Shown piece by piece: positions 29,363 to 39,530 of a stretch of DNA of 64,000 nt. The notes below the pieces were generated by a model that saw only the letters and a program-made list of their open reading frames with translations, had not been told where the DNA came from and made no database searches. The first letter of the stretch is position 1. Each line of letters begins with the position of its first letter. The stretch spans positions 96,001 through 160,000 of the forward strand of contig CAVUZH010000003.1 of the NCBI GenBank assembly GCA_963745835.1, read 5' to 3'. Origin of the DNA: an uncultured delta proteobacterium (GTDB lineage: Bacteria; Desulfobacterota; Binatia; UBA9968). The translations under genes and the position numbers were made by a program.

Positions 29363-29560
29363 TCTATCCTCCAGTAGATATGGCTTTACCTTAGAGCTTC
29401 GACACGCCCGGCGCTACGCTGCCCGAGCCAGAACCAAGCTCCATCGGTAAGGCATCAACGCATTGGGCAAGCATAGTGCACCTGGTTGTTGCGCGCGGCG
29501 AGAGATGATCAGCAGAATCTTGTATTAGAGTGCGCGCCTCAATTATTTTTAGTCTTAGCT

Positions 29561-30298
29561 TCATTGGTTTTGCGTCTGCGCCTCTTCCAACTCCGGGTAA
29601 TGGCGGAAGATGCCTTGCTCGTTGAACGCGAGGCGCCGCGGTGACGCTAAGTACGCGGCGATACGCGGACGCGCCATCACGCGATCGTGTAGAAGTACGG
29701 CCTTCGGGTGTTGCGGTTCGACTTGCGCCATTGTCTTTGGAAAAGCGTAGCGCAATCCCTCGATCATCTGAAAGAGAGACAGATCGACATAGCTGACGTC
29801 CTCGCCGAAAATAAAGTCGCCGCTCTTGGCATTCAGTTTCAGAATTCTTTCGAAATAGCTAAGGAATTTGGGTATGCGGGTCGAGGTGAAATGTGCGGCG
29901 CGTTTTTTTGCCTCGTCCTTCTGCTCTTCATAGTACAGGACGTTAGCGACCGGGTGGTGCGTCTGGCCGGTTTCATAGAGCCAATCGGCTATTGTCAGTT
30001 GCAGTTGATGCGCCCAAAGCCGGCTCTCTTCCTTTTCGGCCACGAGACCCAGCCGGGGGGCAAGGAACTGGAGAATGTTGGCGGTTTGCGAAATCAGCAG
30101 CTCGCCGGCCTTCAAGAATGGCGGAGCGAATGGTGGATGTTCCAAAGCCGGATCCTCGAGAACCTTCATAATTCCCGGACGACCGAAGTTTGGATCGCGC
30201 GCGACGTCGATGTAGTCCGCGCCCGCTTCTTCCAGCGCAAGGCGAATGAACTCGCCGCGGCCTTGGATTGATGGCTGATAATACAGTTCATAACGCAT
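29561..30298 (-). CDS. Glutathione S-transferase
   Basis: 'QGRGEFIRLALEEAG', 'FAPPFLK', 'ISQTANIL', 'SYVDLSLFQ'. Confidence 0.9.
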   Translation of the reverse strand: MRYELYYQPSIQGRGEFIRLALEEAGADYIDVARDPNFGRPGIMKVLEDPALEHPPFAPPFLKAGELLISQTANILQFLAPRLGLVAEKEESRLWAHQLQLTIADWLYETGQTHHPVANVLYYEEQKDEAKKRAAHFTSTRIPKFLSYFERILKLNAKSGDFIFGEDVSYVDLSLFQMIEGLRYAFPKTMAQVEPQHPKAVLLHDRVMARPRIAAYLASPRRLAFNEQGIFRHYPELEEAQTQNQ

Positions 30299-31197
30299 GG
30301 CATCCTCCTGTTTTTAGATGTCGCTCCAGTAGCATCTCGCATTGGCGCGGCGTATCGGGTTTAGACCAGTGCAATTATAGCCAAAACTGCTGGCGGTTCG
30401 ACCATCACCCGAAGTCAGCGCAAAAGCTAAAGCACTCCTGCTCACACGCTAAATGCCGGCGATAACAACGTACTCAACGGCAGTCATTTTCTCTCGAGCC
30501 CGCATTGTGCGCTGAGCGCAGAATAGTACAGCCTCCGTTGAATTTGAAACCCGGGATCGCTCCCAACTTGATCACAGAAGAACGCCGGGCCACTATTTAC
30601 GTGATGCTTTAAGGTGAACAGCAGCGTTATGCAAGCATTGAGTGAACCTTTGTCGATATCCGCTAACGAGACAACAGAGAGTCGCCAGTCTCTTGCCGTT
30701 TACTGCTAATCGTCTACTGTTAAGCTTCAATATAGTCATCTTCGAGCAATCTGATCCGGTGCGATTAAATCTCGTCGCTGCTCTGCCGTTGTGCTGAAAT
30801 TTTTCAGCAATGCCGGAAGCTCTGCAGAGTTTGACCGGGTGAGCGTACGCTTCTCAGAAGCTTCAGAATGGCCTGTCATGATGATCCTCCCATTGCATTC
30901 TCCATTCGCGAGGAAAGCCAGACCCAAGACACCATTGCAAAAGCTTCCGATGTGCAAGAGAGGATTGTGCGGCTCATCTGTGGACTCATTGAAGCAGCTG
31001 GGTGCATCAATGCATTAAGGCAATTGCCATTGCCGTGCTTTGGATCTATCGGTTCGAGCCGACCGAGCGCAACAGTTATCGCAAAGCCGGGACGTCACTC
31101 GGTGGATCGGTGAAGTGCGTTGTCCGGACTGACGCTGAAGTTAAAATCTGCTTGCGATCCATACGACGAGATTTAACGTGAGTTGAGGAGTGACGTG

Positions 31198-32256
31198 ATG
31201 CGATACAAAATTTTTGGGCGGCGCGCAGGCCTGCGTGTCTCTGAACTGGCTCTGGGGGCCGCCAACTTCGGTACACGCTGGGGTTATGGAGCGGCGCGTG
31301 ACGATGCAAAAAAAGTCTTCGATGCCTACGTCGACGCTGGCGGCAACTTTATCGACACCGCCGACAGTTATCAGTTCGGCGAGTCGGAAGAGTTGGTCGG
31401 AGATTTCATCGCAGCCGATCGAGACTACTTCGTTCTCGCCACCAAATACACGTTGGGAACGACTGCTACTGACGGCATCTCGCGGACCGGCAACAGCCGC
31501 AAAAATATGATTCGCTCCGTCGAAGCGAGCCTCAAGCGGCTGAAGATCGATCGCATCGATCTCTATTGGGCGCATTTCGCCGATGGCATGACGCCTATGG
31601 AAGAAATTATTCGCGCCTTCGATGATCTCATGCGCGCCGGGAAAATTCACTATGCAGGGTTGTCCAACTTTCCGGCCTGGCGGATTTCTCGCGGCGATCT
31701 CCTGGCGGAGATGCGTGGCTGGGGGCCCATCGCCGGCATCCAGGTCGAATATAGCCTAGCGCAGCGCACCGCGGAACGGGAACTTTTGCCAATGGCGGAG
31801 GCGCTCGGGTTGGGAGCCGCGCTGTGGTCCCCGCTCGGCGGCGGTTTTCTCACCGGCAAGTATCGCATCGGCGACGAAGGACGAATTAATTCGTTTCTCG
31901 GCAGGCTGGTTCACAAGGAGAACACGGCACGTGAGACGGCGATCCTCGATGCGCTATTGGCAATCGCCAAGGAAGTCGACCGATCGGCCACGGAAGTTGC
32001 CCTCGCTTGGCTGTTGCATAAAGCGCGTCTGTCCACGACGGCGTTGATTCCGATACTCGGCCCGCGCACATATGAGCAACTGGCCGGCAGTCTTGGCGCG
32101 CTGGAAGTAAATTTATCGCAGGAACAGATTGGGCGTCTCGAAGAAGCCAGTCAGATCGCGTTCGGTACGCCGCACGAGCAAACCCATGGCTCTGCAGCTG
32201 CTATCGCGGGAGGCAAGCCGGAGCTGCTTCGATCGCGGGTGGTACCTGTCGCGTAA
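31198..32256 (+). CDS. Aldo/keto reductase
   Basis: 'GGNFIDTADSY', 'LATK', 'IDLYWAH', 'GLSN', 'WSPLGGGFLTGKY'. Confidence 0.93.
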   Translation: MRYKIFGRRAGLRVSELALGAANFGTRWGYGAARDDAKKVFDAYVDAGGNFIDTADSYQFGESEELVGDFIAADRDYFVLATKYTLGTTATDGISRTGNSRKNMIRSVEASLKRLKIDRIDLYWAHFADGMTPMEEIIRAFDDLMRAGKIHYAGLSNFPAWRISRGDLLAEMRGWGPIAGIQVEYSLAQRTAERELLPMAEALGLGAALWSPLGGGFLTGKYRIGDEGRINSFLGRLVHKENTARETAILDALLAIAKEVDRSATEVALAWLLHKARLSTTALIPILGPRTYEQLAGSLGALEVNLSQEQIGRLEEASQIAFGTPHEQTHGSAAAIAGGKPELLRSRVVPVA

Positions 32257-32293
32257 GATCGAACGGACGAGAAGAGAGAGCATCGGAGGAGTT

Positions 32294-33316
32294 ATGGTTA
32301 AGATGCGTGCTGCGCAAATCACTGGCCCGAAAGGGCCCATTGAAATTGTCGAGCGGGAAATACCCGAGCCCGGCGCCGGGCAAGTGCGTATCAAGGTGCA
32401 AGCTTGCGGCGTATGTCACAGCGACTCGTTCACCAAGGAGGGAATCTGGCCGGGCATCCAGTACCCGCGAATCCCGGGGCATGAGGTTGCCGGAATCATT
32501 GATGCGCTCGGTACAGGCGTTGCCGGATGGACACCGGGCCAGCGGGTCGGTGCCGGCTGGCACGGCGGACACTGTGGCTACTGTGATTCTTGCCGGCGCG
32601 GTGATTTTGTCACCTGTCAAATCGCTCCCCAAGTGACCGGCATCGCCTACGACGGCGGCTACGCCGAATACATGATCGCTCCCGTCGGCGCATTGGCGCT
32701 GATTCCCGAAGGGCTATCGGCGGTCGATGCCGGGCCATTGATGTGCGCAGGGGTGACCACCTTCAATCCTCTTCGCAACAGCGGCGCGCGGCCCGGCGAT
32801 CTCGTTGCGGTACTCGGGATCGGTGGGCTTGGCCATTTAGGCATTCAGTTCGCGGCAAAGATGGGTTTCAAGACCGTTGCCATCGCCCGAGGTCGCGATA
32901 AGGAATCGCTCGCTCGAAAGCTTGGCGCGCAGCATTACATCGACAGCCAGACGCAGAATGCTGCGGCGGACCTAGCCGAAATGGGCGGTGCCAAAGTCAT
33001 TCTGGCAACGGCGACGAGCGGCAGAGCGATGAGCGCAGTCCTGGGCGGTCTCGCCGTTAATGGGAAATTAGTCATCCTCGGTGCTGCTCATGAGCCCCTC
33101 GAAGTCGATGGAACTCTGATGATTAGCGGGCGGCGGTCGATCATCGGATGGCCTTCCGGCAGCTCTATCGATTCGCAGGATACGCTCTCCTTCAGCATGT
33201 TTGCCGGCGTGCGTGCTATGACTGAAATTTTTCCGCTCGAGCACGCGGCCGAGGCGTACGAACATATGATCAGCGGCAAGGCGCGTTTTCGCGCCGTTCT
33301 CACAATGGGACATTAA
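32294..33316 (+). CDS. Zinc-dependent alcohol dehydrogenase
   Basis: CGVCHSD, GHE, CGYCDSC..C, GIGGLG; ATG after GGAGGAG. Confidence 0.93.
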   Translation: MVKMRAAQITGPKGPIEIVEREIPEPGAGQVRIKVQACGVCHSDSFTKEGIWPGIQYPRIPGHEVAGIIDALGTGVAGWTPGQRVGAGWHGGHCGYCDSCRRGDFVTCQIAPQVTGIAYDGGYAEYMIAPVGALALIPEGLSAVDAGPLMCAGVTTFNPLRNSGARPGDLVAVLGIGGLGHLGIQFAAKMGFKTVAIARGRDKESLARKLGAQHYIDSQTQNAAADLAEMGGAKVILATATSGRAMSAVLGGLAVNGKLVILGAAHEPLEVDGTLMISGRRSIIGWPSGSSIDSQDTLSFSMFAGVRAMTEIFPLEHAAEAYEHMISGKARFRAVLTMGH

Positions 33317-33335
33317 CGCGAATAAGAAGGCTTAA

Positions 33336-33992
33336 ATGAAACTCATCTCGGTCAATGTTGGATTGCCGCGGGTCGTCACACTCAAGGGCGATCCGGTCTC
33401 GACAGGAATTTTCAAAGAGCCGGTCGCAGGCCGGCTTATGCTACGAACGCTCAACCTCGACGGTGACCGTCAGGCTGATCTTTCGGTTCATGGCGGACCC
33501 AGCAAAGCCGTCTACGTCTATCCCTCCGAACACTATGATTTTTGGAAGCGCGAATTCCCCGGGCTGAAACTACCCTGGGGCATGTTCGGTGAAAACTTCA
33601 CGAGCGCGGGACTTTTTGAATCCGAGGTAAACATAGGTGACAGGTTTCGCGTAGGTTCCGCGGTCGTGATGGTGACCGAGCCGCGCATGCCGTGTTACAA
33701 GCTCGGCATCAAGTTCGGTCGTTCCGACATCGTCAAGAAGTTCCTGGCGAGCGAACGCACGGGCTTCTATTTTGCTGTATTGCAAGAAGGTGAGGTCGGC
33801 GCGGGTGACCCGATCGAATTGATAGAGCAAACCAACCATAGCGTTCGGGTCAGCGATATCACCCGACTCTATACCCGCGAGAAGCGCAATCTCGGACTTC
33901 TTCGTCGTGCAGTAGAAGTCGAGGCTCTGCCTGAAAGCTGGAAGAGCTATTTTCACCAGCGAATTAATAAATTAGTTGATCAGGGTGGCTAG
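33336..33992 (+). CDS. MOSC domain protein (YiiM-like)
   Basis: 'GDRQADLSVHGG..KAVY', 'FGENF', 'EPRMPCYKL', 'RTGFY'. Confidence 0.92.
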   Translation: MKLISVNVGLPRVVTLKGDPVSTGIFKEPVAGRLMLRTLNLDGDRQADLSVHGGPSKAVYVYPSEHYDFWKREFPGLKLPWGMFGENFTSAGLFESEVNIGDRFRVGSAVVMVTEPRMPCYKLGIKFGRSDIVKKFLASERTGFYFAVLQEGEVGAGDPIELIEQTNHSVRVSDITRLYTREKRNLGLLRRAVEVEALPESWKSYFHQRINKLVDQGG

Positions 33993-34112
33993 CGCGACAT
34001 TTTTCGGGCCAGAACAAGAAGATGCAAAAGGGCCGTTGAGACAAACGTCTCGAAGCGGAAGAATGAACTGAGCGCCTAATGGGTGCATTGACAGTGGAGA
34101 TCGGAGGATCCT

Positions 34113-34388
34113 ATGACCCAGCCGTGTGAACATTTATCGGGATTAAGCCCCAAGGATTTCCCGCCGCAGAGAACTCCCGATGCCTGCGAGGAGTGCCTGA
34201 CCGAGGGCACGTTTTGGGTTGCTCTTCGCGAGTGCCGATCCTGTGGCCACGTCGGCTGTTGCGACTCTTCGACGGGCAAGCACGCCACCAAACATTTCCA
34301 TGACACGCAACATCCAGTGATGCGCGCTGTTCCGCCTGCGTCCTGGGTCTGGTGCTATGTGCATAAGGCGCAGGGTGTACTCGAGTAA
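34113..34388 (+). CDS. UBP-type zinc finger protein
   Basis: 'CEEC...WVALRECRSCGHVGCCDSSTGKHATKHF...WCY'. Confidence 0.9.
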   Translation: MTQPCEHLSGLSPKDFPPQRTPDACEECLTEGTFWVALRECRSCGHVGCCDSSTGKHATKHFHDTQHPVMRAVPPASWVWCYVHKAQGVLE

Positions 34389-34605
34389 TGCTTGAGCCTA
34401 GGGCCGGTCGTTAGAACTCAAAAGCGGGCGGCGCCTTTGTCATCAAAATGAGCAGTCTACCGGCACTGGATGCCAACGTCAGGTGCCAGCGTCGGGACCT
34501 TGGCAGGAAGCGTCGCATACGGTCGTCGTGGTATAAGCTTCCGTCGATTGACGTCGATCTCGAGAATGTTACCGCACAAATCAATTGAATTGATAAGGAG
34601 TAGAA

Positions 34606-35304
34606 ATGATAACCGTCCGCCCAGGCACTGAAAGAGGTTCTTCTAAATTCAATTGGCTCGACAGCCGGCATACATTTTCCTTTGGCGACTACTACGACCC
34701 GCAACACATGGGCTTCAGCGACCTGAGGGTGATTAATGAAGATCGGGTGGTTCCGGGCGCCGGCTTTCCCACACATTCGCATCGCGATATGGAAATCATC
34801 ACCTACGTGCTGGAAGGCGCGCTGGCGCACAAAGACAGCACCGGAGCGAGTTCGATAATCCGAGTCGGCGACGTCCAACGCATGAGCGCCGGAACAGGCA
34901 TTAGCCACAGCGAATACAATGCATCTCAAACCGAGCCGGTGCACTTCCTGCAGATCTGGATCCTGCCAAACGAAACCGGCCTGAAACCGGGATACGAACA
35001 ACGCTCTTTTGATCTCGAGAAGAAAAGCGGAAGCTGGGTTCTGGTCGCCGCTCCGGACGCGCGCGAGGGCGCATTGAAAGTCCATCAGGGCGCGGAGCTG
35101 TCGCTGGCCGTTTTGCCCAAAGGGGAGAAGTTGGATTATAACTTGCGCGCCGGTCGTCAGGCATGGGTGCAGGTGGGACGTGGAAAAGTGACGCTTAACG
35201 GCTCGTTGCTCGATGCCGGCGATGGCGCTGCTATCAGCGGAGAACAGGTCGTGGATCTTACAGCGAACGATCGAAGTGAAATCTTACTGTTCGATCTCGC
35301 CTAG
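34606..35304 (+). CDS. Pirin family protein (YhhW-like)
   Basis: 'WLDSRHTFSFGDYYDP', 'HSHRDMEIITY', 'MSAGTGISHSE'. Confidence 0.93.
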   Translation: MITVRPGTERGSSKFNWLDSRHTFSFGDYYDPQHMGFSDLRVINEDRVVPGAGFPTHSHRDMEIITYVLEGALAHKDSTGASSIIRVGDVQRMSAGTGISHSEYNASQTEPVHFLQIWILPNETGLKPGYEQRSFDLEKKSGSWVLVAAPDAREGALKVHQGAELSLAVLPKGEKLDYNLRAGRQAWVQVGRGKVTLNGSLLDAGDGAAISGEQVVDLTANDRSEILLFDLA

Positions 35305-35494
35305 CGGCGGGTAATCCGTCTGCACAAGCGTTCCGCCGCCCTTTTGCTGGGGAGTCTGTGCTCGAGTCGATGCGCGTCAGCGATTGAAGCGAGCGATCTT
35401 CGCCTAGCCTAACTCTCGCAGTATCCGATCTCCTGCGCTCGGCCGAAGCGCGGCTGGCGATCTGTTGTCGTTAACGGCGGGAACGGACATTTCA

Positions 35495-35956
35495 ATGACA
35501 CCTCTGTTGGCTTTTCTTATAGGATGTTTCGCCGGGCTGCGCTCGCTGATGGCTCCGGCGACGACGGCGTGGGCTGTTTATCTGGGCTGGCTAAAAGCAG
35601 GAGGACCATTCTCGCTGCTCGGCTCAGTACCGTCTGTGGCGATTTTAACACTGCTCGCCATCGTCGAGTTAGTGGCCGACAAGCTGCCGCAAACACCCAA
35701 CCGCACGTCACCTCCAGGTTTGGCCGCGCGCATCGTTACCGGTGGATTGACGGGTGCATGCATTGCTGCCGCCGGATCGCAGGGAGCTCTGCTCGGCGCC
35801 GTCTTGGGGGCCGTCGGCGGTGTTGTCGGCTGTTTCGCCGGCTATCGAGCTCGCGCAGCGCTGGTAAATTCTCTCGATACACCCGACATGTATGTTGCGC
35901 TCGTTGAGGATCTGCTCGCAGTCGCCGGTTGTTTGTGGGTGGTTTCGCGATTCTAA
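35495..35956 (+). CDS. Membrane protein (DUF4126-like)
   Basis: 'GLRSL', 'ELVADKLPQTPNR', 'ALVEDLLA'. Confidence 0.75.
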   Translation: MTPLLAFLIGCFAGLRSLMAPATTAWAVYLGWLKAGGPFSLLGSVPSVAILTLLAIVELVADKLPQTPNRTSPPGLAARIVTGGLTGACIAAAGSQGALLGAVLGAVGGVVGCFAGYRARAALVNSLDTPDMYVALVEDLLAVAGCLWVVSRF

Positions 35957-36026
35957 AATTGACGCACTCTTCATCACCGCCAAGGAAAAGATTCAGGTTA
36001 CCGTATCGAGATCGGGTTGAGCGCGG

Positions 36027-36291
36027 TTGAGACTCCTTGGAGTCGTAATCTTCGGTATCATCATGGTGCACTCATTCAATGGCGAAGTTGACCCGGCGGT
36101 TAGCGCGGATCGAGTTGCCTACCTCAGCGCGCTCGGCTATGGATCAACAGCGGGCCCGGTTGGCCGGAGCCGAACTACCTTTGAGTATCCAGGGCGACAC
36201 GCGCTCCGCGGTGACACAGACGATCAACAAATCTTTTATCTTCGGCTTTCGCGTGCTCATGTTTGTAGCGGCCGGCTTGGGCCCTGGTTAG
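36027..36291 (+). pseudogene. C-terminal remnant of a DHA2-type MFS transporter
   Basis: 'LLGVVIFGIIMVHSFN' continues in another frame as 'LTRRLARIEL...TINKSFIFGFRVLMFVAAGL'; no N-terminal part or start. Confidence 0.55.
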
Positions 36292-36422
36292 CGCCCTGGT
36301 CGCGTTTAAGCTCATCGAGAATAACTGAACCGAGTCTCAGCTGAGCCGAACCATCTAATTCTCGGCGACCTGCATTCGCAATCGATTCAAACAACTGCAA
36401 TGTATGATTTCGGAGAGCGATC

Positions 36423-36800
36423 TTGAACGAAGCCGTCGAATTTTTGATTCAGCACGGTTATATCCTGCTGTTTGCGTGGGGTGCTGATCGAGCAGATCGG
36501 CTTGCCGGTGCCCGCTGTGCCGTTGTTGATTGCTGCCGGCGCGCTCGCCGGGTCGGGTAAAATCCAATCTCGCGTCGGCCATGGGCTCTGCCATCATCGC
36601 GGCTCTGTTGGCTGCTGTATTTTGGTACCACGTGGGTCGTTATCGGGGTGGTCGTGTATTGAAGCTGCTATGCCGCATATCTCTCGAGCCCGATTCATGC
36701 GTGCGCCGGACCGAAGACGTTTTTGCGCGCCATGGCGCTCATTCTTTGCTGATTGCAGAGTTTGTCCCTGGTCTGAATACCGCGCAAACGAACGATTTCT
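36423..36800 (+). pseudogene. Frameshifted, truncated DedA(VTT)-family gene
   Basis: LNEAVEFLIQHGYILLFAW / VLIEQIGLPVPAVPLLIAAGALAG / ...WYHVGRYRGGRVLKLLCRISLEPDSCVRRTE...FVPGL, split over successive frames. Confidence 0.75.
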
Positions 36801-37009
36801 GGTCCGCCATATGGATTGACCAAGCGCGCGGGAATCGTTATCTGTTTTCGGTTGACCGGATTCCGCAGTAGACATGAACAGCTTGTATGATCAGTGGCAA
36901 TGCTTGGAGGGCGAAGGCACAGGATCGTGAATTAGATGCTGGCGGCAAGTCGCCTGATCGACGATAGTTTAAATGTGAATTCGTTGGATGATCAGCCAGG
37001 AGATGCAAC

Positions 37010-37891
37010 ATGTTGAAAATATTCTCGCCGCTCCTGTTTTGCCTGACCTTGTTCTCTATCACCCTAGCCCAGGCACAAGAGCGCTTTTCGTTTTTCCAAG
37101 CAAGTACTGTCGAGAGTGTAACCCGCATGCTGAAATTTGCCGGCCTTCGTGACGATGATGTGCTGGTCGATCTCGGTTCGGGAAACGGGCTTATCCCGAT
37201 CACTGCGGCGCAGATGAATCCAAAACTGCGCGCCTGGGGGGTGGATGTCGACGAGAAGCTTATTCGTGAATCCAACCAAGCCGCCAAGGCGCAGGGTGTC
37301 GGCAACCGGGTTAGATTTTTTCACCGAAACGCCTTCGACACGGATCTGCGCGAAGCGACGGTGGTCACCATGTGGCTATTCCCGGAACTGATGCGATTGC
37401 TTCGTCCCACGATCTTTAAGACGGCGCGTCCGGGCACACGCATTCTCACCAGCACCTGGGATCTTGGCAGCTGGGCATACGACGAAGTCGACAGCGGCAA
37501 TCCGACGATCTACAAGTGGATCGTGCCGGCGGGCGTCGAAGGTTATTGGAGTTGGAAGCTGGCGATAGCCGGACACCAGATCACTTATTCCGCGGTCAAG
37601 GAACAACGGTTTCAGGCGGTCGAAGGCGTGGTCCGCGCGGGAAAATACCGGGAGCTGCTGCAAGATATCAAACTCCGCGGCGAGGACATCTCCTTTGCGC
37701 TGGCGATGACGCTGGATGGACTGGGGCACACTCGGCATGAATTCAAAGGCAAGGTCCGCGGCGACCAGATTGAAGGAAGAGCTACGGTGACTCTGGAGAA
37801 TCATCAAAAATTGGAACTGCCCTGGCATGCGGAGCGGACGACGACGTCGGGTTATTTTGCTCCCACCGGGACCGAGGTGAAGACCGATTGA
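37010..37891 (+). CDS. Class I SAM-dependent methyltransferase-fold protein with signal peptide
   Basis: 'LAQA' cleavage site; 'VDLGSGNG' motif I; 'RPGTRI'. Confidence 0.8.
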   Translation: MLKIFSPLLFCLTLFSITLAQAQERFSFFQASTVESVTRMLKFAGLRDDDVLVDLGSGNGLIPITAAQMNPKLRAWGVDVDEKLIRESNQAAKAQGVGNRVRFFHRNAFDTDLREATVVTMWLFPELMRLLRPTIFKTARPGTRILTSTWDLGSWAYDEVDSGNPTIYKWIVPAGVEGYWSWKLAIAGHQITYSAVKEQRFQAVEGVVRAGKYRELLQDIKLRGEDISFALAMTLDGLGHTRHEFKGKVRGDQIEGRATVTLENHQKLELPWHAERTTTSGYFAPTGTEVKTD

Positions 37892-37953
37892 TGCCTCGCC
37901 GGGGTAGTGCTGGTCTTCGCGGTTGGATGTTGAATGTTTGACGATTCTGTCTA

Positions 37954-37995
37954 TTGAACCTTTGGAACAGCTGGAACGCCTGGCACCATCGGAAC
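37954..37995 (+). repeat. 9-bp-period (T)GGAAC array
   Basis: TTGAAC 37954, TGGAAC 37963, TGGAAC 37972, TGGCAC 37981, CGGAAC 37990. Confidence 0.75.
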
Positions 37996-38028
37996 TGATT
38001 CGCGTTAACTAGGAGGAGGACCCGTGCG

Positions 38029-38820
38029 ATGATCGAGCTTTATCACAATGATATGTCGGTCTGCGCGCAAAAAGTGCGCTTCGCTCTCGGTGAAAAAAAG
38101 CTCCATTGGAAGAATCATCATTTGAACCTGCGGGCCGGGGAGCAGCAGAAAACAGAATACCTAAAGCTCAATCCCAACGCCGTGGTTCCAACCTTAGTGG
38201 ATAGCGGCAGAGTCATCATTGAATCCACTGTCATCAACGAATATCTCGATGATGCTTATCCAGAACCGCGCCTGCGTCCCGCCGATGCCGGCCAACGGGC
38301 GCGCATGCGGCTCTGGACCAAGCAGCTTGACGAAGGAGTCCATGTGGCGACCCGAGTCATTAGCAATGCCATCGCGTTTCGTCACCAAAAACTCGCCCTT
38401 GGCCCGGAGGCTTTGAAGATACTGCATGACAAGATCCCGGATCCGAAAAAACGCGAGGAGAGCTGGGAAAATATCACCAAGGGCATGGAGTCACGTTTCT
38501 TCGTCGACGCCGTGCGTCGCTTTGCTAGAGTCCTGGCCGACATGGAAGCTACCTTAACAGAAGAATCCTGGCTGGCCGGAAAGGAATTCTCATTGGCTGA
38601 TATCGGCTATGCTCCGTACATTCGGCGGCTGCAGGATCTCCAATTGCAGTTTCTGTGGGACAAACGGCCGCATATTTCTGCATGGTCCGAACGAGTTGAC
38701 AAACGACCGGGATACCAGCAGGCGTTCGCGGACTGGCCCAATGAGGCTTACGCTTCGCTCATGAAAGAAAAGGGCACTGAAGCACAGTCGCGGATTCAAG
38801 CAATCCTAGCGGCGGCTTAG
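38029..38820 (+). CDS. Glutathione S-transferase family protein
   Basis: 'SVCAQKVR', 'LNPNAVVPTL', 'IESTVINEYLDD', 'FSLADI'. Confidence 0.92.
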   Translation: MIELYHNDMSVCAQKVRFALGEKKLHWKNHHLNLRAGEQQKTEYLKLNPNAVVPTLVDSGRVIIESTVINEYLDDAYPEPRLRPADAGQRARMRLWTKQLDEGVHVATRVISNAIAFRHQKLALGPEALKILHDKIPDPKKREESWENITKGMESRFFVDAVRRFARVLADMEATLTEESWLAGKEFSLADIGYAPYIRRLQDLQLQFLWDKRPHISAWSERVDKRPGYQQAFADWPNEAYASLMKEKGTEAQSRIQAILAAA

Positions 38821-38831
38821 GCCGAACCCGC

Positions 38832-38893
38832 TTGCACGGTTTAAGCGGTTGGAACAGCTGGAACGACTGGAACTTCTGGAACTGGATTTGAAC
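38832..38893 (+). repeat. 9-bp-period (T)GGAAC array
   Basis: TGGAAC at 38850, 38859, 38868, 38877; degenerate units at 38832, 38841, 38888. Confidence 0.8.
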
Positions 38894-38913
38894 CGGATCT
38901 ATTGGAGGTATCG

Positions 38914-39447
38914 ATGGAAGCCGCGGGACTGGTACTAGACGCTCTGGGCCGGGTGCGCGAGATGGTGGGCGGCGCGTTGAAAGATTTAGCTCCCCAAGAA
39001 CTGCTTGCCTCACCCAAACCTCATATTGCATGGCTGGTTTGGCATTTGTCTCGGGTTCAGGACGCCAACTTCTCCGCGCTGATGAAGCGGCCGCAATTGT
39101 GGATTGCTGACGGATGGCACAAACGTTTCAACATGCCGCCTGATCCCAAGGACTACGGTTCGGGCCATCGCCACACTGCCGCGCAAGTCGAAGCATTCAC
39201 GACCAGCGACAAACAGCTCCTGCTTGATTATCTCGATGGTGTTTTCGCCAGAACTAGCGCCTATCTGGCTACCGTTACTAACGATGATCTCAATCGCGTG
39301 CTAAACGAGCCACAGTATCAGCCCTTGCCGACCTTGAGCATCCGGCTGGCCAGCGTCATCAACTGCAATACGCGCCATGCGGGTCAAATCGAGTACTTGC
39401 GGGGCTTGATCAAGCACCAGGGTTGGTTTCCAGCGGCCGAGAAGTAG
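38914..39447 (+). CDS. DinB/bacillithiol-mycothiol transferase-like protein
   Basis: 'IAWLVWHLSRVQD' and 'RHAGQIEYLRG'. Confidence 0.85.
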   Translation: MEAAGLVLDALGRVREMVGGALKDLAPQELLASPKPHIAWLVWHLSRVQDANFSALMKRPQLWIADGWHKRFNMPPDPKDYGSGHRHTAAQVEAFTTSDKQLLLDYLDGVFARTSAYLATVTNDDLNRVLNEPQYQPLPTLSIRLASVINCNTRHAGQIEYLRGLIKHQGWFPAAEK

Positions 39448-39530
39448 TTTATCAGCTCAGGTGATTGACGAGTCTGACGCAGCTGACCGCGGAACAGAAA
39501 TTGAAAGAAGCGATGCGCGCGGCGGCTGGA

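Noticed and set aside
30736-31080. Minus-strand fragments 'LLRSVG' and 'IIMTGH' suggesting a decayed FixJ-type response regulator
   Set aside because: Only two short motifs, in different frames; too weak without a search
21581-35085. Long antisense ORFs (e.g. 21581-22186, 26522-27277, 29708-30271, 31141-31650, 34411-35085)
   Set aside because: They shadow well-supported genes on the opposite strand, as expected from codon bias in GC-rich DNA
37954-38893. CRISPR interpretation of the TGGAAC repeats
   Set aside because: Units are 9 bp with 3-4-nt variable parts; no 25-45-bp repeats or spacers and no cas genes
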